From assembly GCF_033153115.1 (NCBI RefSeq), contig NW_026889803.1, positions 59,458,001-59,522,000 on the forward strand: DNA of 64,000 nt, written 5' to 3'. A model generated the notes under the pieces. It made no database searches and was not told the DNA's origin. It saw only the letters and a list, made by a program, of their open reading frames with translations. This DNA is from Saccostrea echinata (lineage: Eukaryota). A program made the position numbers and the translations under genes. Every line of letters begins with the position of its first letter. Position 1 is the first letter of the stretch. This document shows, piece by piece, positions 11,251 to 22,090 of this stretch.

Positions 11251-14200
11251 CTATGTTCGCAATATCCAATCTCGTTCCCAGTCTCGTTTTCGTTTTCGAG
11301 CCTCGTTCCGCTGCCTGCTGTCCTCAATGCTTCGTTTCTTTCTTTCCTTGGATATCACCTCAATAGTGAAAGGAGAAGCGGCAAATCTGCTCCACTTTGG
11401 ACAGGACAAACCGGACCATGTCTCCAGCTTCCGTTGTAGAGTGGTAACTATCTTGTCCGGATTCACACCGTGCATGACGTGAAAGTTTACAAAATTGACC
11501 TTCCGGTTGTGGATCATCAAAACCTTTATCATTAAAACATAGATTAAGTGCATCCCAAGAAACATTTCTTAATTTTCTATTATACCAAAATCTTTAATTA
11601 CGTAAATATATAGACATAATTACAGTTAAAGAGATATCTCATGACCAGAATGTTACCTTTAGAACACTCCGAAGAGCAGAAATATCTTTGTAACGGTCTA
11701 TTACAACAGATACATTTCCCGAGACATTCATAGCAATCTCCTGCTCCACAATCTGTAGAAGAGGGCTAGGATTGTCTGTGGCACCGAATACTTCTTCCTC
11801 GATACTCGTGTTGGGATTCGGTTTGTACGTTTTTGCTAGTAAAGTTTCTTTTAAATGAAAAAGAAATATAAATGTAAACATGAGTTAGACAAAATAAATC
11901 AACAGCAGGTAAAAATAGTTGCTAGAAGTGTGAAATGGTTCCAATGCCAACATACGGAATATCGAGTATAGCTGTACTGTTTCTTGACATTTGGTTCCAT
12001 CTTTCTTACAGGCATACGCATGCGAAGCTGACTCAACATTATCCGGGTTGAAAAAGGACATGCTCTCTGTTGGCTTCAGCAGTGGTATACTGGCATGCTC
12101 CATAAAGTTGTCCACGAGTTCTGAACACACCCGTACCTTACCATCCCACTTCTTCCCTAAAATTAAGAAGATAAAAACTTAAGTTACTCTAAGTTGCAGA
12201 CCAGTTCCCTTAAACCATAGCAATTCATTTATTTTTAAAGATATAATTTTAAAAATATTCCGATATGAGGCAACCAATGTTTTCATTTTCAAAACTGCTT
12301 CTTTTCAAACTTATATTTTTAATTGTTCCAAAAGCCCATTTCTTTAAATAAGCAAACGGATATGAAGAGACATGCTTCTTGTTTTCCAATGAAATTATTG
12401 TTCAGATTACTTGCAGTTTTTCTTTCATTCTTCAGTATTTTTATTACTTAAGTTTCCTATCTGAATATCAGTAATTTACACCTTAAGAAATTATTCATTC
12501 CTTGTCAGGAGTAGCAATAATAACTGACAGATACTCGTTTAATGTTTGTTTACCAGATCCTGAACATCCCCCACAGCCAGTGACTATACACTGTTTAATC
12601 TGTTCACGAGTTGTTGTTATGTCCAGTCGATCAGTTCCTGCCACACTCTGCAATTGTTTCAAAAGTTCATCCCCGAGTTCTTCCCTGGCTTTGGTAGAGT
12701 TCTGGCAGAATTTCTTATCGTGGAATTGTAAGCAGAAACTGCAATAAATGAAATAAAGAACATCAGTCAATCACTATAAATATCTCAAAATTTCCATTTA
12801 CTTATATATTTGTACCAGTCATTCGTTAATTTATTTTCAACTAATAGCTATTTACTTAAGTAGTACTTTTATTTTAAACAAATATTACCCTGGTCTGTTC
12901 AGGTTAAAGTTTAGATAAGTTTTCTTCTCGAGGTCAGGCTTCTTACATGCACTTTTGGTATCATATGGTATGATACCTGGACCACCCTTTGTTATTTCTG
13001 ACCAGTATAACTTAAGCTCGTTCCACATACACTCAGTTTCTTTGTTAATTTTAGAATTTATCTTCAAATCAATAATTCTGTTGTCGTCACGGAGAGGATA
13101 AAGATCAACATGGATGCTATTTTTTCCTATTTCTTCAAGTTGTTTCACGTGGACACCTAATCCTCTTCTCTGCAAACGGAGGAATGGGGTACATGTAACC
13201 ATCAACATCTTAGCCAGGTTAAGTACTTCATCATCACTTCTGGGCATTATTTCAGCTGCTTGGCCCATCTGGAACCTTGCTAGTTGTCGCCTATTCCAGG
13301 CTACCTCTTGTTCGTTAGCAGATTTTGGTCTGTACCCTGTTAGTATTTGTATTTTACCTCTGAAGTCCTGCTGTGTTAGTTCTAAACATTCGACGAGAGA
13401 GGGATCAATGCGCAAGAAACGATGACCTTCGAATTTGAAGTCACCTATTTTGAAATGTTTGGACAATTTTATTTCTTCCCTTGCTCCATCTACTAGAAGA
13501 GGTTTCTTGTTCTCGTGGTCAAACTCCGCACTGTAGGAATATTCACCTTCCTCTGATGAAGGAGGGGCGACAGCAATAAGTACCTCACCACTGTGATAAG
13601 GAATCAGAGTGGTTCTAAATCCATCCTGCAGTTTTACAAATACCTCAATTGCAACATTATCGACATTGCGAACAAAATCAAAGCCAGCACATATTGCAGC
13701 ATGCCCAAGAATAGGAATAGTGACGTTGGGGTTCTCTTTCACTGTAAGTCGTGCTCCCCTGAAAAGTAGATGTAAATGATTTTAGTTAATTTGGGCTAAA
13801 ATGTGTCTCCTCTTTCTTGAATGCTAACAATTCAAATGACTTGCCTTCCTTCAAGAAACAGTTTGGACTCCTGTCGGTCCACTTTGTCAGCAAAAGCCCT
13901 CTCCACGGTGATGTTCAATCCTAGATAAACATTACTAAGGCAATAAAATTGCTTGCACTATTTTTTTGTTATTACACTACAAGAAATGTCAAAACACAAT
14001 CATAAGCTCACCCTGCAACTCATCTTTTGCAATCAATGCTAATCTTCTCATGCGAAATGCAAGTCTAGGGGCCATGACACGATTGGCACTCCAGCTCCAA
14101 GGGTCCTCTGCATTAGAAAAGCTTCCATCCTGGCATTTTCTCATTGTTCCGCATTGTTCATCAGTTTGATTTTCTCGTCTTTCATGAAGAAACTCGAAAT

Positions 14201-17200
14201 CGTCAAACTGGTACTCATACAACCTAAAGCAAAGGCAGAAAGTTATATATAGTACTGATGATATTAAGTCGCCCTTTACATGTCTATATATTAGGAACCT
14301 ACTTGTTCATTTCCTCAGAGTTTTCTCGATGAATTTGCCCTAGAGGAGGACCCACAGCGGCCTCCACCTCACCATGATACTTAGAAGGAAAAGATGCCCC
14401 ACTCTCAAGCTTCAACAAGCCAAAATCAGGACACTTCTTTCCAGGCAATATAGACCCTAAAATCAGTAATGCAAAACTGAAAAAAATAATTATATGCCTA
14501 ATACCAATAATCATATCTAGAATACATTGCATACCAAGGCGTCTCATTGCGTTGACCATGGCTGCTTTATCCGCTGCATCTTTGCCAGTGAGAGAAACTT
14601 TCTTTGTCCTTTTAACTTCACTTGTAGGAGCTTGTTTTTCACCTACTGCAACCTCTATGCCTGCTTCTATGTTCACTTTAGACACATACTGGAAACCTGA
14701 GCAAATTGCCATTTGTTCAAGGCGCTTGTTATCTTTATCATCTTTAATAACAGGCGGGGAAACTGAAAAGTTGTTGCTGGCGTAAGTTAAAGCCAGCTGG
14801 GCTGCTCTTCCTTCATAATATAAGCTCTCATCACCATGTCTTCCGTGCGGATTTGAGGAAGTTGGTTCATCCCATGCTTCAACAACTACCAGTTTTTCTA
14901 CACAAAACAAAAAATAACTGAAATAAACGTTTGATTATAGAAAAGGGGTAGTAAATATTTATATATTGTTATAGCAATGACCTGAGCTGGATTCGTTTTC
15001 ATCATGCTGCATGATATGCATTTATCAAGTCATGAATTTCAAAGGTGCACATATGATTTTGAACCAACGCACAATCCAGTCATTTAGTTGAATCACCTCT
15101 GAAAATCTTCAACAATAATAAAGACTATTTTCCCAAGAATTAGAATAAACTCTGAAAGTAAAATTTAAAATATTCCACTCCAGAAAATTTACAAAAGGAA
15201 TAAATATAACACCGAACGCCATTTTGAAAAAGCACATTAAACAGAAAGCTATATATAAACAACTGAAGGGCAAATTGTAAAGGGATAAAAGGCTTGGTAA
15301 ACTAAAACGGATTAGATAATTATAGACTAATCATATATAATAATTTACTTAGCATAATTATTAATTTAGTATCAAAGTCGATTTAAAAATACATGTAGAT
15401 GCATTTTAATAAACTTACTATCTGGCCATTCAGCAGAAACATATTTCCCAAGACGGCTGATTTTTGTTGCTAGTTTTGGAACCATCAGTCGGTCAGCACA
15501 CGCCTGGTTAATGTCATCGGCTCCACGATAAACACATCTTCCGCAGGGACGACCAGGGGCCCCGCACCAAGAAGAAACGTTCGCCTCCTCTGACGAAAAC
15601 AGGACATTGTCTCCCCACATCTGAGTCAAACTAGAAAACGGAATGAAATCATAGAGGAAATGGAATTATTTTGTATTTTAACAAGCTAAGGAGGTAATGC
15701 GCTTACATTCTGAAGTCGGGATCTTTTCTACTGATCGACATTCTTGGATTTCCCACAACATCTGACATCGCGAGTCCGTCATATAGTGATGTCTTGGTTG
15801 AAATTGGACAATCCGCTGAACACTTCTGATACAAAGTGTCATTCTCAAAACTCACTTTTTTGTTGAAGCCCTTTGCAATTAAGCTATTCCTGAAAGATAT
15901 GCAAAAAGTATTTTACTTCTGTATATTAAGTCTAGGTATGTACAAAAATATATATTTATATTCGTGTAAAACATAATATCAAACTCATTCGTATAGTACA
16001 CATTATATTTCAAAATCATACCTTTGCAATAGTATAATTTAATGGTAATGAAAGTATAAGTGTTTACTCTTTAAGGTCATACCATATTGACACTCCGAAG
16101 GCTTCGACCGTGAGTCTCGCCTCTGTAACATTGAATTCTCCACTTAGGTCAGCCGATTTTGTGGTGCAACGCTGCGCGTCGTTAACAGCAGATTTACCAC
16201 GAATAGTCGGTTTCAACCTTTAAAACACAAATTCAAGATGCTTTTATTGTTCAAAGATAAAAGACAAGAAATTTTAAAAGTTAAAAACATAATTTTGTAA
16301 GTGTCAAAGCATATTAATGAAGGGTAAATTTGCATTTACTTATAGTTTATTGGCGGTGAAAAATCTATTTCCATGTCGCGTGCAAACCACCCAATGGTTG
16401 TGTTGAATAGTATCTAAAATAAAATAAAAACTCTTGTAAACCTGAATACTCAGATGCTTGACCATGAAAAAAACTACTGAATCAACAGAAAAATGTTAAC
16501 CTGCTGATACACTGATACGTTGACGGACATGTCTTTGTCGCCATTTACAGTATTGCGATGAGTAGTGGACGTCCAATTATGTGGGACTACGTCTCCCCCT
16601 AGCGCCGAAGTTCCACTGTATTCATGAACTACAAGAACAACGACATATTTCATTTTACTTTAATCAAAGAATACCTATGTTCTAGATATTCTAAGATTAT
16701 GCACTTCGATGCTTTTTAATTATTGAAGGTGTGTAGATCTAGAAATAATGGGCTTGCCAAAAGAGTATTTTCCTCCAACTTCAATATCCGTTTCCATAGA
16801 AACGGCTGATCTTGTGTCAACGTGCAAGTCAACATGTGTAGATCCCGTGTATTTTACTGTCAGCATCACTGGCGGGAGGTTTCGCACATGAGCGAGAGGC
16901 ACAGAGAACAACATTGTCGGAGGAACACGTAATTCTTCCATCTCTTTGTGCAACTCTAGTTTGATGTCTTTTGAAGTCTGGAAACTTGATTTCAAATTTA
17001 TTGTAGTATTTGATTCCAGCTATTAGAAATCAATTATGAAACTATTATAATTAACTCTGTTAACAATTCAGTGCAAATATATTTGGTGAAAATTCGAGAT
17101 AAAATCATGACTAACTTTGTTAAGGTAGCGATGGATCTCTGGTTCATTCATGGCGTTCTTCTTTATGATCAAGTCACTGAAAAATAATACAATTTGTTAT

Positions 17201-18416
17201 AAATTTATATTTACAATTGCCTTTGCGCTTTACACGTTCATTTTGTCAACTTACAATTCATAAGACATGTGGGATGTTCCACTGCAGTCCTCACAGACGA
17301 AACTCATGACGTCATTGTTTGTTACGTTCTCAGTGTAGCGGTAGTCTGTGTCGTTTTCTCCGATTGCTAACCCAAAGGATCCAATCTCACCAGAGTCATC
17401 TTTATTCCATGGAATAGAGGTTGTGTCACTGTACTGCCATGTGATGTTTCCTAGGAGTTCGGACAAAACATTGGCAATGTACCGGCGATGTCTTCTCCGT
17501 GTTTCTGGTGGATGAGATGCACTGTTTCCAGGGGTATAGCGGAATTTAATGTCCGCTTCGTCTATTACATCAAAGGCTCTGAAAATGTTGAATAATTCAA
17601 TTTCTCAGTCTAAAAATTAAATCCCGAAAAAAATTATTTCCATTTTTATTTTCTATTCTGCAGAATGACATGTATTACAATAGTCTTGGTGAAGTATCAC
17701 TTACCTAACAGATTGAGTGTGAAGGACTACTCCGGTCTCTGTTGGGAAGAAGATCTCCTTAATTTTGGCGTAGACACCTCTTTGTTTTGACGGACTCCCG
17801 GGTAACGTATTCAGAGTGCAGTCCCATTTCGGACTCCCCATCACCACTTGACCTTTCTTCCAGTTTCTCCCGATCCCTTTGTGTTCCACAGCGATTAAAA
17901 TCTTTTGATCCTGACATATCACTCTCTGAAGTCGAAAGTAAGTCAAGGTTTATTCTTAATGCAATTAATTTAAAGATTCCTTTTGAAGAAAATTCTTTCA
18001 CTCTTTTTATTTCAAAAATTAAAATTTCAGATTTTAAAGTTAGTGAAAATATCTGAGGGTTTTACCTTTTAACCTCAATACACCTGTTTCAGTTCCAAGA
18101 AATCTCACTCGGTACATGTATCAATATAGATAATCGAGAATCCATGACTCACACAAAGTGATTTTACTTTATTTCAAATTATGACAAATTCAGCGTATTT
18201 GGAAAATATTTCTCTTTTTACATCGTGAATTTTTTAAGTTACCTTGATTCCAGACACCCTGTCCAAGTCGATGGTTTCACTCAGACGACCTTTACTTCTA
18301 AGCTTCACGTGTTCCCCACTTTCTGGATGCTTGACATCAACATCGTGGTCAAAATGGTGGCTCTGAAGCCCCAGTATCAGAGGCAACAGAGCAAGTCCCA
18401 GTACCGCGCCTCTCAT
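11251..18416 (-). CDS. Secreted ~1432-aa protein: signal peptide, putative prodomain, beta-rich region, two Hedgehog-N-like domains, peptidase M15A-like domain, Cys-containing C-terminal domain; no Hint domain
   Basis: 19 exons: 18416-18243, 17925-17705, 17578-17255, 17176-17116, 17019-16758, 16628-16501, 16413-16340, 16217-16083, 15889-15707, 15630-15419, 14897-14535, 14456-14303, 14223-14012, 13920-13845, 13758-12889, 12738-12554, 12156-11956, 11847-11657, 11523-11251. Total 4299 nt, phases compatible, two GC donors. Hedge motifs: ADRLM...WPD.KLVVVEAWDE...SLYYEGRAAQL...AICSGFQYV and ANRVM...LFLEGRGARL...AAICAGFDFV...IEVFVK. M15A-like motif: LSKHFKIGDF...IDPSLVECLE...ILTGYRP...GQAAEI...IHVDL. 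Confidence 0.85.
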
Positions 18417-19989
18417 CTCACTAAAGTCCCCCGTAAGTATGCCCCTATATCAGTATTACCGATAGTTTCTAGAGTGGTGAGCGGAGGAATATCTGAGTGA
18501 CAGCTATGCAAGTCCTCCTTAAAATCTGGTTTATCTATCGATTTTTTTTACTTCAGAATAGGGATTTTAAATCTTGAAATGTGGATAAAGTTTGTACTTG
18601 TAAGTATTCAGCGCACGTGTTTATTGATTTCAAACAAGGAAGGGAAAATACATCACTGATAAACTTGTCTTGTTTATCTTATTGAAAAACTTTTAGTTAC
18701 CAGTGTTGTCAACCGAAAACTTTAACATTAAACTTATTTCAAGTTATTGCGTTTGATGTTTTTCTTTTATTATTATTTTTTATATTGTATTTACAAACAT
18801 GTTATTATTCATATTTATTTTTAATTCTGACAATGTTCGCAAAAACAAACTATTCCCCACTCTGAATTTGGTAAAAAGTATTCGATCTGTATCAAATTAT
18901 TCGGTACCCCATTGCTTTAAATTCTGTTAAACATCTTAGGTAATGAAAGATTTCATATCTTATCTCACTATCATCAATAAGGCATAGTTTTATATCAAGT
19001 AAGATTAACTATTTATCATTAGTATTTTACACATACAATTTAAGTTTAAAACGTGTATTAAATTTGGAATAACATGCTCTACAAACTCTTTTTCCAAAAA
19101 GTATAGGTAGGATATATACAGAATCCCAAGAAAAGTATTAATCCCTAACTCGATACCATTTGATTCCATATATAAGTATACGTTAGAGCTACCAAAGAAT
19201 GAACCTGTTCCTGAACTTTTAATTTATTATCATCCATCCAGAGATTAAAAATCATATTCAGATACAAACTGAATATATTAGCAAAGTAAAGAACGAGGGT
19301 GCATTAGATTGGCATTCGGCAGAAATCTGGGCGCACTTGAAGAGTTTCAAATTGAAAATTTCATTGATCTCTCAAGTGAAATTTTAGCATTCCTTTGATG
19401 TATCGGGTTACTGTGAAATGAGAAAGGGAAATATTTTCCCGATATTGTGTTTTGATTTGCTAAAAAAAAAAAAATAACCTAAAAACTGGCAAGATGAGTC
19501 ATTTGGTACAAAATGTTACATTTTTAAACACGTTTTTCTAAACATTTGCTATCTCTGGATCATCTCTCCATGTTTTTTTGAAATGTTATTTGTGTGCATT
19601 TTAATTCAAATCACGAGCAAACATTTGTAAAAATGGAGAGAAGACCCAAAGGCCACAAAAATGAACTTTTTCAACCAAAAAAAAAAATCCGTTGTGTAAA
19701 TGCGGTGCTTCAATGTCATTTTAAAATCAATATTGTGTGTGTAGCAATAATAACTCATTGGTATGCGTTACACGTTCTAGATCTGTGCACTGGAATCGAG
19801 AACTTTTTGGTTCGAACCTCGCAAGTAACGTTAATTTCTTTTTTTTTCTTTTTGTGAGTGTGCAAACAAATAAATTCTTCTATTTAATTTTGTGTACTGA
19901 TTTATTAAAAATTTTAAATAGAATAAAGTTTGGTTCAGTTGCTCCAAGAGTGAAAATAATTTTTTCAACCTACTCAATTCTTTTTGTGT

Positions 19990-21185
19990 AACGTTACTCT
20001 CATATTGAGACAGGCCACCACTTGCCGGCGGAAGGCTGCAGAATTAGACCTGTATTCGGCACTTAAGGTATGTCACTCGTGAAATTTGTTATATCAAGGA
20101 TTTTTTGAGAAGTATATTTTGGATAAGTACTCATATAGTATGACTCAAAATCGCAGAGAAAATGGGGAGTCAGTGTGCATCTAACTGAGCTACGGTACAA
20201 TTAAGTTGACCTTTTTGCACTTAAATTTTAACTCTTTGGTTAATCACTTTAACCGTTATCATATTTTATAAGATGTATCCATGGCAATAAACATAATCTT
20301 ATTTTACGTAAAATAGTTTGAATAATATTTATTATTGAACAAATCATGCAAATTAATGCGCGTAAATTATTGTATGACCTTTTTGCACTAAAAAAGTCTC
20401 ATATTTGGGGTATTAAAAATCTAAATAGGCAATAGAATATTTTCTTGTATCAAACTTTTTACGACTTAAGTGCTGATCGGTCAAAAGTATCGAGTAGTTT
20501 AAAATAAAAAAAGAAAAAGTTGGGGTCAGTGATGTAAATTTTGAAATATTGGTCAAAATATGCGATTTTCAGGCAAAAAACTGTGTAAATTTTATCTCGA
20601 CTTCCTTAATATATCTTCATTTCTTGGCAATGTTTGTTGAGCGAAGGTGTAAATTTTGTTATAAAAATATAAATTGAGACCTATATTTAATATTCCAGGC
20701 ATATCATAACGGAAAATATTCTCTGAATAAAAGTATGTGAGGCTAAAGTTCCAAGATATTAAATTTAATAAATGTGTAGATTTGCAGAATTTTCTGCTAA
20801 ATATCCTTCCGCCACAAGAAATAGTCCCTTATAAATCTTGCTTCTTTGTGAATTTTTGAGCAGTTTTTTAATTGAATGTTGAACATTTTACATTGTTTAA
20901 TTTAAATATGTAATAAAGATTGAATTGTAATAAACAGTTTTTAAGTAAGAGGTTCTGACTGAAATTTTCTAAAAGGCTGACGAGTGACATACCTTAAGGC
21001 CCTTGAGCAGAGAGAGACTTTTTCGTGCCGGCACCTACTGCGACATGCGACCTCAGATTTCACAGTCTCATTCAAAAGACGGTCTCCACATCGGACAGTG
21101 GATTCGACCCCGCGACGTAAGGATCAACTCCTTACGCTGCGACTCTAGTACAAACGCTCTACAGTGTAACTACTGCGCCACGTGG
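19990..21185 (-). mobile_element. SINE copy (same family as 439-732) split by a DNA transposon
   Basis: 19990-20066 and 20998-21185 are contiguous reverse-complement parts of the SINE at 439-732. Confidence 0.75.
20067..20993. mobile_element. Non-autonomous DNA transposon, Kolobok-like
   Basis: Perfect 14-bp TIRs GGTATGTCACTCGT / ACGAGTGACATACC and TTAA TSD (20063-20066, 20994-20997). TTAA TSD with RR termini fits Kolobok rather than piggyBac (CC termini). No transposase ORF. Confidence 0.75.
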
Positions 21186-22090
21186 TATCTGACACAATGA
21201 AGTAATATGGTGCTCACAAAGTAAAGAAGACTAATCGTTGTCATTTGATCTGAAGAAGGTTCTATCTCTTGGACACCATGGACATTGGATGGAAGTATGA
21301 GACTTAAAAGTCAGGATATACCCCAAAACTTAGTTGAAGCCTCTCTCTGCCTTTGACCTTGACATTTTAATCCTGGAGTTAGTATGCTTCCTTTGGGCAC
21401 CATGCATTTCTGTAGCCAGTATGAGACTGAATGGACAAGTGATAGTCTTAAAATTGTGTCCATAACTTAATTGACACTAATCAAGTCTCTAGTCTTTGGC
21501 CATCAAATAAATAGGCCTTTTTCCATTAACATTGTAAAAGTCTGTAGCAAGTTTGAGACTGAAAAGTAAATCAGTACTCTATACACAATTACAAACACAA
21601 TGATTAAAGCCTTGACCTTTAAACCATTAAACCGTCAACTTCTGGCCAACTTCACCTCTTGCAAAAGTCAAAATGATCTCCACATCATCAAAGGCTAGGG
21701 TCTTGTCACTTACCACCTTTCTGGCAAGTACTAGATTAAATACTAGTAGTAAAATAATATCCACAATTATACTGACAAGAAGACTCCATCATTTTTTTCC
21801 TTGATTTGACATGTCAGCCATGAAGTAAATAGGATTGTTAACTCATCATTGTACTTTGTAACATTATGCAACCAAAACTGCTTCATCCATGGAACTTTTA
21901 CTCCAAGTTAGGATTGTATGACCTAGACATTCCAAAACCTTCAGCCTGCTATGCATGTCAACGATGACGGATTTATCTGATGGAACTAAAATTTTAACAG
22001 AGTTCAACTACATTTGTAAACTTCATTTTCTAGATTACCAGCAGATCAATGCTAATTTTTCCTACTTTATACATTGTACATGTGTTTTTG

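Noticed and set aside
12885-13742. Bacterial contamination or recent horizontal transfer of an M15 peptidase
   Set aside because: The domain lies in a spliced exon in frame with 18 others and has host-like composition. An ancient transfer cannot be excluded without a phylogeny.
13600-15800. Calling the gene a canonical hedgehog (hh)
   Set aside because: No N-terminal CGPG, no Hint/Hog domain, two hedge copies embedded mid-protein, and zinc ligands lost.
18065-18145. Possible extra exon (YRVRFLGTETGVLRLK) in the hedge gene
   Set aside because: There is an in-frame stop just upstream and no compatible acceptor; exons 1 and 2 already join in phase.
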